From Candidatus Uhrbacteria bacterium (GTDB taxonomy: Bacteria > Patescibacteriota > Patescibacteriia > UBA9934 > GWF2-40-263), in assembly GCA_023246355.1 (NCBI GenBank), contig JAHFIQ010000001.1, positions 81,887 to 145,886 of the forward strand: 64,000 bases of DNA, given 5' to 3'. Below the pieces are notes generated by a model that was given only the letters and a program-made list of their open reading frames with translations, did not search any database and was not told where the DNA came from. The position numbers and the translations under genes are program-made. The stretch's first letter is position 1. The number at the start of each line of letters is the position of its first letter. This document shows positions 18,781-32,000 of the stretch, piece by piece.

Positions 18781-20508
18781 TTACTTGATCCCCGTGCACT
18801 TTTGGAAGCGTGCCGTGCAGGTGATCGTCGTGATCCCGGGAGTCACGTTGAGCGTCCCGGTTTGGGGCGCTCCGTTGCGGCCGTCCATTTGGACCGTGAC
18901 CTGGTAGGTCCCCTCTGGCAGCTTCACTGTGGTATCGGCAGGCGAGACACTGAATGTGCCACCTGCACCAACCAGCTTGATCGTTGCGACCGTGTCTTCC
19001 TTCAAGATGAGCCGCACCATGGCCGGCTCCGTCTGCAGCGCGACTTCAGCAGGAGCCTTCACGACCGCAGCTGTTTTTTGCGTCTTCTTTTCGATCTTGG
19101 TGGGCGCGGGAGGCGCGACTTGGACTGGAGCAGACACGGGCACAACCGTCTCGACCTTGGGAGTCACAGAGGGCACAGACACCGGCTCCTCCTGCACGGT
19201 CGGAGCAACAATCGCAACCGGCGTGCTGCTGTTCGTGAGATACCAGACGGACATCACAGCGATCACGAGAACCGCTGCAATGACACCCAGACTCAGGAAG
19301 AACTTCCGCTTGGCCGCTCTGCGGGTTGAATCAAGCTCGCGCTCAAACTGCGTTCCGCTCTGGGTCCCTGCTCCATGGAGCGTTCCTCCTGCTGGCTCAG
19401 CGCGCCCTCCCCATGGATTGGCAACCTCCGCTTGCGAGGACGTCGCCACCTTTGGAGCGGAGACAACTCGTCCTTCTTCTTCGACACTGGCCAGTCCTCC
19501 CGAGGAGGCATGAACTCCTCCCCTGGGCGGCAAAATCGTCACATGCGGATCGCCAGGCTTCGGGGATTCCAGTCGAACACGCTGTGCCTCACGGCGGGCA
19601 CGCTCGACCTCAGGAGCTGTTCCCAGTGCATGGGTGATTTCTCCCTCGGGAAGCGCCTCGAGCGCATCCCTCAGAACCTGCGCCATCACCTCGGCCGTAG
19701 AATAGCGATCATCTCGTTGTTCTGATGTGGCCTTGCGGATCACCTCAGCAAGCACGGGAGGAACCCCATCCATCATGTCTGGATTGCGAGCAAGGGTGAC
19801 GTGAAAGGCATCATTCCACATTCGCTCAGGATTCATGAGCATGATGTAGAGCGTCACAGCCACGGCGTAGAGGTCTGCTCGACCATCCACGTTTCGGGCA
19901 TCCCGCTGTTCAGGCGCCATGTAGGCAAGCGTGCCAAGCGTGGTCACATCAGCCGTGAGCTGCCTGGTTCCACTTTCGATGTGGGCGATCCCGAAGTCGC
20001 CAAGCTTTGGCGTGCCGCCTTTGGTAAGGAGCAGATTCTCGGCCTTTACATCCCGGTGGATGATCGGCGAAGGCTTTCCTTCTTCGTCAGTGTGCGTGTG
20101 CGCGGACGAAAGCGCGGTGAGAATCGCGATCGCGACTTGGGTAGCCTGACGAGGCGGCATGCACCCGAACTCGACCAGATGGTCGAAGAGCGTTCCACCT
20201 TCCAGGTATTCCATGATGATGAAGGGATACCCATTCACATCATCCACTTCGTACACTTCGACGAGATGTGGACCCCGAAGCCTTGCCATCACGCGTGCTT
20301 CGTTGAAGAAGCGACGACGCAATGTCTCAGACCTGAGATAGGTTGGGTTGATGAGCTTCAAGGCTCGCCGTCCCAGCACGTCATGGCGCACCAAGACGAC
20401 CGAGCCCATGGCCCCACTTCCCAAAACCCTCTCGACCGTGTAACGCTTGAGCGGAGTAAGGAGCCCCCGCACTTCCGCAAGAACTGCTGCGTGTGGATCA
20501 GGGGGCAT
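18781..20508 (-). CDS. Hanks-type Ser/Thr protein kinase with TM helix and C-terminal extracellular (PEGA-like) domain
   Basis: LGSGAMGSV, ALK, HRDVKAEN, DFG, GTLAYMAPE; TM FFLSLGVIAAVLVIAV; SD ggagg before ATG 20508. Confidence 0.92.
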   Translation of the reverse strand: MPPDPHAAVLAEVRGLLTPLKRYTVERVLGSGAMGSVVLVRHDVLGRRALKLINPTYLRSETLRRRFFNEARVMARLRGPHLVEVYEVDDVNGYPFIIMEYLEGGTLFDHLVEFGCMPPRQATQVAIAILTALSSAHTHTDEEGKPSPIIHRDVKAENLLLTKGGTPKLGDFGIAHIESGTRQLTADVTTLGTLAYMAPEQRDARNVDGRADLYAVAVTLYIMLMNPERMWNDAFHVTLARNPDMMDGVPPVLAEVIRKATSEQRDDRYSTAEVMAQVLRDALEALPEGEITHALGTAPEVERARREAQRVRLESPKPGDPHVTILPPRGGVHASSGGLASVEEEGRVVSAPKVATSSQAEVANPWGGRAEPAGGTLHGAGTQSGTQFERELDSTRRAAKRKFFLSLGVIAAVLVIAVMSVWYLTNSSTPVAIVAPTVQEEPVSVPSVTPKVETVVPVSAPVQVAPPAPTKIEKKTQKTAAVVKAPAEVALQTEPAMVRLILKEDTVATIKLVGAGGTFSVSPADTTVKLPEGTYQVTVQMDGRNGAPQTGTLNVTPGITTITCTARFQKCTGIK

Positions 20509-21406
20509 GGTATGCCTCCGTGGAAAGAGTGGGTGGCTGCTTGGCACCGAAATGCACTTGGAACCCAACGCCCAATCCTGTGAACACGAGCGTGGTACCA
20601 GCTGCGACGATCGAGGCCGCGCCAAGGGTGTTGGCGCTGCTCTGATGGCCGAGCAGTTCCCCATCTGGGGTTCCTGGATCCTCAAACAGTGATCGCTCGT
20701 TCATGGCAACCGCGTAGAGGACACCGCCAGTCAGGGCCGAAACCCCAGCCGCGATGTACCACGGACGCGGGTCCTTGAGCGGCGAGCGCTTGATTCCCAA
20801 GTCCGCGGCCGTCAGCCCCAAAGGATTGTCGCTCCACTTGGGGATCGCCTCACCTGGTTGGATGTAGCGCGTCTCCATGAGCACGTCGCCAGGTCCAAAC
20901 ACTTGGATCACCACCGGCGTTGCCTTGTAGCGCGCGGCATTGCGGACTCCCGAGACCATGATGTAGCCACCGATGGGCGGATAGACCGGCTCGGCTTCGC
21001 CGTCTGCAACAGAGGCTGCTGTCTCGTACAGAGCACGCAACGGGTGATCCGCATCCACGACCTCGGTTGAAAACGCGTAGCCTGGCTCGAGCTTGCGCGC
21101 GGCATGGAACTCCGCGATCGCCCTGGGTTCATCGTTGTTGATGAACGCCTCCATGGCCATCAGTCGATGAAAACCGGCTGCGGCGTTCACGGACAGTGGC
21201 TGTGCAAGGCACGGGAGGATCCTGGTCCGCGCGAGCGTCGAGGCAGTGAGAAGCCCTTCGGCATTCATCTGCGCGAACGCCTCCTCAGCGACGACTTCCG
21301 ATCGCGTCAAATCGGCGAGCACCGTGGGCACTTCGCACCCAGCCAGGGCCGAACGCGGCATCACAATCGACAGCGCCAACATGGCACTCAACAGAATCTT
21401 GGACAT
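20498..21406 (-). CDS. Exported hypothetical protein with C-terminal membrane helices, translationally coupled to the kinase
   Basis: Signal peptide (ALA-G), TPR-like helical region, two C-terminal hydrophobic segments; SD ggaggg. Confidence 0.75.
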   Translation of the reverse strand: MSKILLSAMLALSIVMPRSALAGCEVPTVLADLTRSEVVAEEAFAQMNAEGLLTASTLARTRILPCLAQPLSVNAAAGFHRLMAMEAFINNDEPRAIAEFHAARKLEPGYAFSTEVVDADHPLRALYETAASVADGEAEPVYPPIGGYIMVSGVRNAARYKATPVVIQVFGPGDVLMETRYIQPGEAIPKWSDNPLGLTAADLGIKRSPLKDPRPWYIAAGVSALTGGVLYAVAMNERSLFEDPGTPDGELLGHQSSANTLGAASIVAAGTTLVFTGLGVGFQVHFGAKQPPTLSTEAYHAP

Positions 21407-21490
21407 CTTCCCTCCGATAGATTTCATCGTCCTTTGACCTCAAAGAACGAGGCGATTTTTTATCATAAATCGCCCTCAACGTCAATATAG

Positions 21491-21628
21491 CATGGAGACC
21501 TCTGCAAAACTCGATGAGATTGCGTTGAACGGGCTGTCGAGCCCCACGAGACGTAGGTTATCTACGTAGAGTGGGGTCGACGGGTGCCCGTGAAACGCAA
21601 GATCGCGAGTTTTGCAGAGGTCTCCATG
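21491..21628. repeat. Hairpin family A copy 1
   Basis: 23-bp terminal IR catggagacctctgcaaaactcg; GATGAGAT/AGATCGC; GAGACGTAG/CTACGTAGAG. Confidence 0.92.
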
Positions 21629-21637
21629 GTTTAAAAG

Positions 21638-22081
21638 CTACCTAGTGTCCTCAACAGTCCATTCAGAAACGCGAGTTGCAGCTTCGATCTGTTCTGTCGT
21701 TGGTGAAACAACAATGGAGTCAGAAATGGAAGTGGTGAGGTCTGAGTTCAGATCAGACGCGGTCGTGACTTCGCCCGCGAGATCAACCTTGATGGTCATT
21801 TGAAACTCACTTGATTTGGTCTCGCGGATGGTCACAATGCTGACGGATCCTGCATCAGCCTGACGCACAAACCAACCCGTTGGTGCTTCAAAAAGCACAG
21901 AAACCTTGCTGGACATGACATACGTGGTCATGTCGATTTCCTCCTCAACGATCTGCACCCGCTCTTGTGCATTTGAATCCTCCGCGAAAAATTCCTGGTT
22001 GACGGAAGATTGCGCACATCCAGCACCGAGAAGAACAAGGCCGAGTAAAAGCATTGATGATCGCATAGAGAATTTATTCAC
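21638..22081 (-). CDS. Hypothetical lipoprotein
   Basis: Lipobox LLGAGC; start codon uncertain. Confidence 0.7.
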   Translation of the reverse strand: MNKFSMRSSMLLLGLVLLGAGCAQSSVNQEFFAEDSNAQERVQIVEEEIDMTTYVMSSKVSVLFEAPTGWFVRQADAGSVSIVTIRETKSSEFQMTIKVDLAGEVTTASDLNSDLTTSISDSIVVSPTTEQIEAATRVSEWTVEDTR

Positions 22082-22238
22082 ACCTTACCCACTTTTTGTT
22101 AGAAAAAGCTGATTTTACGGCCTGAGTTGGGAGCCTGGCTCCCAACTTGGTGCTGGCGGGGTTGACAAAATCACCAAAAAGGCGCTAAATGGAAGTAGAG
22201 ACTAGCTCTTTTCCGGCCGAAAGGCCACGGAGTGCATC

Positions 22239-22853
22239 ATGACCAGTTCCCTGCGCTTTGCGCTTCTTCCCCTGGCCCTCGGGCTGGGATGCAATGGCCT
22301 TCCGGGAACGGATGGCCAGGACTGCGAAGGTTCGGCCTGCACGCAGGACTCCGGGGACGGCAACGACCCCGAGACCTACGTCACCGCGGCCCACATGGTG
22401 GCGCCGTACGGATGGATGGGCGACTTCAGCGCCGACAACGACACGGTGTGCGAGAACGCGGCCGAATGCCTGTTCGAGCCCGACGACCCGGACACCTACG
22501 AGCTCGAGCTCCAGGGAGATCTCTTCCTGTGCGTGAGCCAGGAGACGCCGCTCACCGAAGCCGACGCTGCCGCGACCACGGATCTCACCTGGGAAGGCGA
22601 AGGCCAGTGTGGTCTCGCGCCGGATGGTCAGTACAGCCAGTTCGACGTCAAGACCGATACGCACGACTGGATCGGTTACGACCAAGTGCGGATCCAGATC
22701 GACTCCTGGGGAGCTCCGGTCACGAAGGACGCCTTCTCCTGGGAAGACTCCGACTACCTGCTCGAAGGTACGATCGCCAGCGACCTCTCCTCGATCACCT
22801 ACCACCTGGCAGCTGGATCGAACGAAGAGACCGCGACCATCACGCTGCAGTAG
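22239..22853 (+). CDS. Acidic hypothetical lipoprotein, GC-rich
   Basis: Lipobox LGLGC; SD ggag; upstream TTGACA at 22162; downstream terminator 22873-22896. Confidence 0.75.
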   Translation: MTSSLRFALLPLALGLGCNGLPGTDGQDCEGSACTQDSGDGNDPETYVTAAHMVAPYGWMGDFSADNDTVCENAAECLFEPDDPDTYELELQGDLFLCVSQETPLTEADAAATTDLTWEGEGQCGLAPDGQYSQFDVKTDTHDWIGYDQVRIQIDSWGAPVTKDAFSWEDSDYLLEGTIASDLSSITYHLAAGSNEETATITLQ

Positions 22854-22901
22854 ACACCGGTCGCTGCATATCCCCGACTACGACAGTCGGGTTTTATTAT
22901 T

Positions 22902-23028
22902 GAGACCTCTGCAAAAGCCGCGATCTTTGCTTTCACGGGCACCCAGGCACCTCCTCAACGTAGTTTTCACTACGTTTCGGAGGCTGCCAGCCCGTTCAAG
23001 CAAATCTCATCGACTTTTGCAAAGGTCT
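22902..23028. repeat. Hairpin family A copy 2 (reverse orientation)
   Basis: agacctctgcaaaag/cttttgcaaaggtct termini; GCGATCT...ATCTCATC. Confidence 0.9.
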
Positions 23029-23074
23029 GTATTGTCTATATTATCCCGAACCAAGTGAGGGATGACGCAGAGCG

Positions 23075-26000
23075 TCAATCCGGCGTAACAGCAATCGTGC
23101 CGTCAAAGTTGATCCAAGGATTCGCTGTTCCTGCTCCGCCATAGTCCACACACGAACTTGAATCTCCTTCAGAGGGACAGCTCTCAATATTACACTCTCT
23201 AACACTCGTCCCATCCTCCGTCTCCCCTGAAAAACAATTATCCGTACCATCCGCACCCGCGTCACAAAACCCAGTGCACCAGCCCCAGTTGTCAGTCACA
23301 CTCACGCGAGGCTGGAAGACACAGGCACCGCTTGAATCCAAGCACGGCGAGTTGAGTAAACGGGTTGTGTCTGTATCGTCATACTCACAGGTTCGAGAGG
23401 TGAGCAGCGCCGTATCGCCGTCTGTGCAAATGTAGTCGTGAGCGAAGTTGATGTAGGACGTGGAGCAGGCTGTGCTCGATGTTCCAAATTCAACTGGATC
23501 GCTACCACAAATTTCTTGCTCTGACGTCGCATTCAACCCGCGATGGTTTTGATAGAAGTTGTCTTCTGCTGTGGAGCCACTTTGAGAACCCGTCGGCCAG
23601 TGCGCGCCAAGACCCGTAGGTTGGACCCCACCAAAATCATCTCCCCAGTCGATCACAATCCGACGAATCGGCATCTGGTTAGAATTCGCGTAGGTAAAGA
23701 AGCTCACGTTGGCATGATACGTCCCCTCTCCTTCCAAATCTCCCCCGTCGACCTCTCCGATATTGAACTTCCCTTCCGTGTCCTCGATACATTCAGTACC
23801 CACACAATCTCCCACCGACACCACCGTCGGCGGCTCAGGTTCATTATCATCGTCGCCCACGGAACGCGTGTCCCAGAGCCAAGGTTCGTCTGCCGCTAGA
23901 TCTTCATATGCAACAGGGGTCCAACTCCCAAATTGCTCTCCTGTATTAAATCCAGTTGTCAACGCGCCATCAGGAACTTCTTGAGCTGCCACACCTTCAT
24001 ACCCGTCTTCAAATTGAATCATGCCATAGATGCGACCAAACAATTGTGATAGTCGGCTAATCGCATCATCAATTGTGTCGTTCTCTGTAAAAGTCGTGTA
24101 TCCACTCGTTGGAACAACGGAATCAAACGTCATCGAAAAATCACGGAAACTGCGAGCGTCCTCACCAGCCGTACTGGTAAAACTGCTAGCAGAGGCATCG
24201 CAGGCCGTTGTTGTTTCAACAGGTGGAATCTGGTAGTCGTCGTTTCCTTCTGAACACATCACAGGAGTGTGAGCCCAAGGGTCAGGATTGTCATCAGTTG
24301 TAAATTCCACTGCCAATTCTTCAGGATCAGTCGCCACACCATATGGAGAAAGAAGCGTGTCATAGGTATACCCAAAGTGGGCATCATCTCCACCTGGATC
24401 AGCAATAGAAAACGCTGCTGAAGAACTCTCCCACAGTCGATCGGTCCAAGCCGCATTGTAGGAATCGAACGGGTAGTCATCTTCATTTGGTTCTGTGGCA
24501 GAAACTTGAACAAGGGTCGAACAAGCTGGATATCGGGTAAACACCCATGCTGCCAGAGAGTCGACTCCAGTAATTCCATCAGCATAAGAATAGTAATATC
24601 CACAGCTCACCAAATTATTTCCATAACAGGTCGTTGGATCTTCTGTGGTTGGAATACCGTCCTCCAACAAATCATAAGGTGACGTAAACTCGTCAAGACT
24701 ATCACCTAAGACACCTCGTGCTGCACAATCGTCATACAATTCAAATGCATTATCAAATCTCCATGGCGCCAACACATATACTTCTACATTGAGACCAGGG
24801 TACCAGTGGTCACCTACATCACTTGTGTTAACCGAATAATCTACCGTGTAATAATTCCCAGGAGACAAGCAGCGATCTCCATCATCACCCTCTGCGTCAG
24901 TTGCTGTCTTGTAAGAAAATTTCGGTACACAGAAATAGGGACAATCATCAGTCGTAATAGACGCTCCACAATACTGACCGCTTGCTCCACCATTTAGATC
25001 ATGATACGTGGAGTTATCTTGACCTCCACACCCTGTCATCACGGCAAAATAACCTTCTGGACAAAACACAGAGGAAATACAGTCATCGTTTGTAGAATTT
25101 GAGGATGGATCATTCGCCGTTGCCAACCAAACATCCCATGTCGTCTCTGCATCATCTTGCTCAGCTTCTGTTCCTTCGTGATCGTAATACAATCCACCAT
25201 CACAATAGTCATCGACTTCCTCTGCACATAAAATGTTCGATGTCCAAACACTATACGCCGCCTCAATATCCGCACAGTAATACGTCTCCTGTGGCGTGTA
25301 GCCGGCGGAGGTGTATTTGCCGTACAAATCGGTCGAGCCGGCGAGTTGGTCCACCGGGAGCCAGCTGAGACAGGCTTGGTCTTCTGTGTCAGAAGAACCG
25401 AGCGTCTGGATCGAGGTATCTTTTTCAATGCAGTAGCCTTCCCAGCCGTACATCGTGGAAACACCGCTCAACGCCGAGCAGGTGCCCACTTGCGTAGTAC
25501 CAATGGAACAATCATCGTCATCAAGACACGGAAGTCCTGGAACAGGTCCACCTGTACAAATGCCATCTGGAACCTCGCCACTCTGGCTGAACGTATCTGC
25601 CCCTGTGCCTGCCTCATAGTAACGGTATCCGGAACCTTCTCCGTATTCCACTTTATCGTAGCTACAATCACAGTCCACTGGCTCGCCGTATAAATCTAAT
25701 CCACACACCGCAGAATCTTGGAACCCTCCCACATAGGCATAGGGCAGAGAGTACCAAGAAGCTGGCAGACCTCCTGATCCGGAAGCGCTAAACGTCGCAT
25801 CCGTTGGAGACGTGCCATCAGCCGTGCTGTATCTGAAGGTCTTCCAGTCATCAACGACCGACGTTGGATACGGCGAATCGATCTCTGGATACCCTCGGCA
25901 GCCCATCTCACGGCCAGAGGTCACTTCGCCGCCAGAAATCGCCAAAGTATCGGCATACCCATCGCCGTTGTCGTCCTTGATGTCGGACAGACATCGGTTG

Positions 26001-29000
26001 TTGAAGCACTCACCGGTGGTTGAGGTGGAAGCTGGAACACAGGTGGCACCATACGCATACGCGCTACAACTTGTATCTGCATCGCAAGCTTCAGTGGCAA
26101 CAAAATCATTTTCAGACGTGAACTTATCTACACAGACAAACTGCACAGGATCGCAGAAATACGTATGAAGCCCAATGTCGGTCGTGTTTGTTGTGCAATC
26201 GGAATTGGTACCATCACTGGAATTATCATTATCGGGATTACACGAACAGTCGGAATTAACACAATTCGTTGTTCCACTCGCCTGACAATATCCCACCACG
26301 CAGGCCTCAGAACCTGAACAGTCATCATCGGATGCACACGCGCTGCCAGAGTCCTCGCACATTCCAATAGAACACGATCCTCCATTGCCATCACCAGACT
26401 CTGTCGCATCACATGGTCCGGCGTTATAGACGAGACGATAGTCCGTGTCGGAATTATTTGCGCAAGAGTAGTAGCAATATCCAGAATCGGAACAGATACC
26501 AGAGTACGAGGCACAGTCAGCATTCGTCGTACACGCTGTCGTGCTAACTCCGCAATCTTCGTACGTATTACAGTACGTAGGAAGTCCAGCATCGTTGGTA
26601 AGTTCGGTCGACGTCGTTTCCATGCACACCGTCGTTGGCTCCAAATTAAACTGCGTATACAAATCCGTCGGGAGCTGATTGGGGATGGTGCCGCCTGACC
26701 ACTCCTCGCCAAACCAATTCACGTCACGTGCTGAATACTGATAGGCACCCAAAATTTCTGGATCGCTCGAATCCCACTGTGTACATGTTGAGGTATCACC
26801 CTGGTTGGTTCCCTCCACGCACAGATTGATGGAATCACAAATGGTGTCGTAGGTTGAAGACGTTGTGTTCCAACTGGTCTTGGATGATTCACATGCCAGC
26901 CACGCTGAACACGAGCGATCACGATTCACTTTGATGACTTCGTTCGCATCGTCATCAAGAGCATATGTCGCGGACACGTCCTCACAGGTTGCGGTCACGT
27001 CTTCTCCCAAATTGGTTGTAAGCACAGGGCAGTCGTCATCCACCAAACAAGAACGTTCATAAACTTGTGTGGAAGAAACTTCTGTGGCAGAAGGCGTGTC
27101 AATCGAATCTCCATCTTCGACTTCATACGAACAGCGTCGTGCGCACAAATCTACGGTCTCGCTTGTGAGTCCCAGCGCATCTGCATCTGAGGAGGAAACC
27201 GTAAACTCACCACCCTCGTCCAACTCACAGTCGATCGGATCCTGAAGGGAATTTTGCTCTTCGCCAAAGAAGACATCCGCATGCATGGACACCACATACG
27301 AGGCCCCGGCGTTATAGCTCAACTCCGAGTCGGTTGTGTTATTGAATACGGCGCAGCCAAACTTCTGGCTCACTTGACCATCACAGCGCTGGGTATCGGT
27401 AAGCGTGTCTTCGCTGAGCAAATCATCATTGGTGAAGTAGTACGACTCTCCGTCCTCACCCCCGCCGCCAGCCGTGTCCACCACATCCACAAACTCGGTA
27501 CACAGATCATACGCGTCTTCACAGGCCGCCACCCAACCGTCATAGTCATCGTCACCATTGGCCCACACACCAAATTCATTGCCATTGATGAGGTAGGAAT
27601 CATCCTCGTCTGGATCAAAGTCGCCGCTTGCATCACTGTCAGTCCAATCGCACGGCTCCGTTGTGCCAGATCTAAACCAGCCTGAGTACTCCTGATTGCC
27701 GATCGTAACCGAGTCTTGATACTCACAGGTCTTGTCCAGTGGATCCTTAAAATAGAAATTCCCGTCTTGGGTGGAATCCCATTCTTCACAGAATAATTCT
27801 TCGTCACTGCACAGCAGCGTGTCGTAATCTTCAGGCAGATTCAGGTAATACACGGACTCAAAACTATCGACCTCTGACTGATCTTGATTGAACGTTGGCA
27901 AACCGAGCTCCTCACAACCCATGGCTTCCTCATCACATTCATAGGTGTCGTCGGCAACGAGATACACAGGAGCATCCGTGGGAACAATCACTGTTTCGGG
28001 CCCAAAGACAACCGCGTAGTGAACTGTTGAGCTCACAGCTTCAGAGGGCAATGGTTCCTCCAAAACCGTATCCGCATCAAATGTACAGTACGAAGAACCC
28101 GAAGTAATCGTGCAGTACTCAACTCCGTCGATCTCGCAGGTCGTGTTCGCGCCGACGGTTTCTGGCTCATCAGAAAAGTCCGTGTCAGAGGAATACATGC
28201 ACCTGGCGTTGTAGACCTGCTGGTAACTCGAATCAGAATTCCCTGTATCAAAGAATCCTTCACATCCAACGACATCCTCGGAACACAAATCTGAGAACTG
28301 ATACAGATCCGCGTCCACGCCGTTCTGATCCGTGTACGCTTCACAGCCAAGATAATACTGATCAGACTCTACTCCGTCAGCCGTCGCATCACAGGTTGAT
28401 GGCACCACCCACGAGTCTTTGATGAGCGTGATGTCTTCTTCGACCTGTTTGAGCGAGATGTTGTCCACGTAGGCTTCCGCAGCTGAGGCCACTCTAAATC
28501 GCAGGACCGCGTTCTCGTCAAAATCTGCGTAATCACTTGTGTCCAGTGGACCCAGGCTGAATAGCTGCCAGGAGCCCGTGAGTTCCACAGGTGTTAAATC
28601 TGAGGCAGAAGAAATGGTCGCACTTGGGTTTGACAGATCATGCGTGTCGCCCGATCCGCCCTCCTCCTCAAACGTGACATACATGTTCCCGGATCCCTTC
28701 GCCCAGAAGTCCACGACAAACGTTTTGCCACCCACAAGATCAGACGTGAGCGCTCCACAACTTTCCTCACTATCCTCAATCGTACAGTCTTCATCGGCTG
28801 AACCATCGGCATCTACATCATTTTCAACGTCACAGCCAGAGTCGCCTATCGTTCCTCCATTTCCTGTACAGGTTGTTGATGTTCCTGCTGCATCTCCTGC
28901 CTCATCATACGTTTCTGTTGTAGTTGCACTGTCCAAATAAATCTGGATCGTCTCAAACCCAGCCAAGCCACCGGTTGCAGAAACATAGAGTGAATGACCG

Positions 29001-32000
29001 TCCGTCGCGATGGATTCATTACTCACAGACAAACTTGAAGTCGAGCTGCTTGTTTCTGAAATCACAAAATCATCGTACGTTCCATCTTCAAACGTCTCGT
29101 CCAAAATGGTCGTAGCATTTCGTCCTGTGCCGCCGGTATATTCTCGACACCCGCTTTGTTCAGCCGGACACTCGGTGCTTTCATCGGCCAACACGTAGTA
29201 GCGGCAGAAGCCTTGGTCCGTCCAATAGCCACCCGAGTCTTCACAGTCGGTTTCTGTTGACTCGTCTTTGCGATACGGCGCGCAGTCGTTGGAAATCGAA
29301 ATCGTGTCTGGATATTCCCGGTAATGAATGTTGCCTTCGGTATCGAAAAACTCTCGGCAGTCGGGATTATCAAAGATGTCATCGTGCTCGTCACAGTCTG
29401 CGTTGTCCCAGACGTCCGCTGACATATTCCCTGCAAACGAATCGTTACAGGAGACGTCGTTTTCTGATGTCATGGTGACATGCGTACAAGGCGCCAAGTC
29501 TGGCGAGTCTTCCACATAGCCAGAGCCCGAGAATGTTCCGGAGCTGGTCACGACATTTGATTCAAGCAAATACCACGTCTGCAACTGATAGCCTTCGTTG
29601 TCAGAACCTTCCCAGGTGAAAAACGTCGCTGGCGTGGTAAATTTGTCACTGCTATCTGCAATATCCTCACTCAAACAAAATCGCAGTGAAGAATAATTCT
29701 CAGTCCCTTCTCCACCTGCATCCACGGCATCAAGGTTGGTGTAGGAATCGCACCCAATGTATTGCGATGAACACGACGTGGCGCGATCAGCAATAAAGTA
29801 GAGCGGAAATTCCTCCGAGTCATAATCCGTGGCTTCCTGTTTGTACGTGGTGTAGCCCACACATTCCTCAGGACACTCGTCCAGTTCCGAGATAATCGCT
29901 GGGACATCTGGATCTCCATCTTCAGGTGTGTAGAGATTGCACCCAACTTCTTGGGCGCTGCAGACCTGAGCGTAATCATCACACTCAGAAGGATCCGTAT
30001 CAGCATCTCCTGTGCATCCAAGGTAATCTGGCGCGACTTGATAATAGACTTCGGTAGCGCTGGTGTTGTAATCCTCAGTAAAGTTGCTCACGTCTTCTCC
30101 AAGCTCCAGTTGCACGGCATCAAGCAAAATTTCATCTGAGTCAAATTTCAACAGTCCTTGCGCTACGTCTTCTGGCGTCGTAAATGTACAATCAAACTGC
30201 GTCCACTCTCCAGAAGTAAATTGTGAACTATCAGTTGGATCAGCTGTGATGACATACGATGAGGTTCCTTGCACACAGTCACCTCCATACGAAGTTCCTG
30301 CGACGGAGACGGCTTCACCAAATTCATCGTACAAATACAAGTAGGCATACGTTTCAGCCGCCGCAGTGTTGTCCGCACGAGCGGAAAAACTCAATGTGTA
30401 AAAGTTGTTCGGTGAGAGCGAAACGTATTGCTCAAGAATGCTCGCGTCTGTGCTGAAACTGAAACTTCCAGATACAGGACCATCATCTTCCTGCATCGTC
30501 TGAGCAGACGTTGCTGCGGATCCGTTGGTCCAGTTGTCTGGAACATCGTCCTCGTCTTCGTCAGATTCAAAACTCGGGTTCTGGATTTGGTTAAACACCA
30601 AATCATCGTTAAATTCATTCAACCGTGTACAGCCTATATCATCCTCGGAACATTCCTCTGCTTCGTTAGTGAAATAGATCCGATCGTTGTAGGCGTAGGA
30701 CGTGTTTGAATAAATCTCTCCTGAGTCAGACGTATAGCTGTAGCTCACAGGCTCCTCAGAATCTCCTGTGCTCAGTTGATACTTCCAAGCTGAATCGTGA
30801 GTGGCTGTGGTGTACGTTTCCCCGTCAGGAAGAAACTCATAGGTATCGTCACTGTCGTCATCAGCGGTGCCTGCATCTTCATAATGCTTCTGCGTGGCAT
30901 ACCACCGGCAACCGGCATTGTTGGAATCGCATACTGAATAATCCACACTGCTTACGCGATAAGCTGCCTTGTCTCCGGTAAACGTATTTTCAAACGAAAG
31001 ACATGTTGAATATTCCTCAGGACATTCATCCCCGCGAAAGCGCCAAGTATTTTTTTCCCTCACGCAATACCCGTAACCGTCGGAACAATTGCCGTCGTTG
31101 TCCTCCCCGATACAGCTTGGTGCATCAACGCATGAACTGGCACGGCCTGGCGTCTGAGCCCCGATGCGAATTTCTCCGTTGGCAATCGCACGACATTGAG
31201 TCTCAGGATATTTCAAAACCCAGTTTGGATCGATCAGATGGCACCACTCATCCGCACCAGAGCTTGAATTGGCCGGACCGATTGTCCCGTCTTCCGTACA
31301 ATCATCAAATCCATCGACAATATCTTGCAAGGTCGCTGGAGATCCACTGTCATTGCGAAGTGCGGCCAGCTCCCACCCAACAGGAATCACACGAGCTTTC
31401 CTGAGCTTCACCAAGTTTCCATAGCAATACCCATACGTATAGCAGTAAGGATCTTGGTTGGCTGAGGTGTCTTCAGGAGAAATGAGCGGCCAGTCGCCGT
31501 TCAATAACCCCTCATCAATCGCCTCCTGCACAGTCAGTGCGGCAACAGCGCCACTGGACCCACGACTGACGGCTGCCATAAAATTGGTGTCCATGACACA
31601 ATTATTGAGACCTCGGTTACTCACATTCCCTGACACACAGACGACAAATTCTCCTAATGCATTGTATTGTGTGGTGGCAATCGGGGAGGACGAAAAAATA
31701 CTCGCAAACCGCGCTTGAGCGGTTTCTTTACTTCCCTCAGCGGTAGCTTCAACATCAAATGGATCGATGTCCAAAGAAACATCAAATAATCCAGTATAAA
31801 TTCGGGAAAACAAAGTTGAGAGCAGCGTGTTGGTAAACGTCGAGGCTGTTGTCAGCGCTAAGCCTCCGATAAGATCGCCCGCACCAACCAGGTCTCCAAC
31901 CTTTACTTTCTCTTGATCAGAAGCCGATAATTTTTTGTGAAAATCTTCAGTCACCGTCGCAGAAGGTGTTTTTACATCCCCCGTAATAAAATCTGTCACC

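Noticed and set aside
18064-19329. 421-aa plus-strand ORF and similar long antisense ORFs (19801-20583, 50367-51194)
   Set aside because: Shadow frames opposite well-supported genes, with no recognisable motifs.
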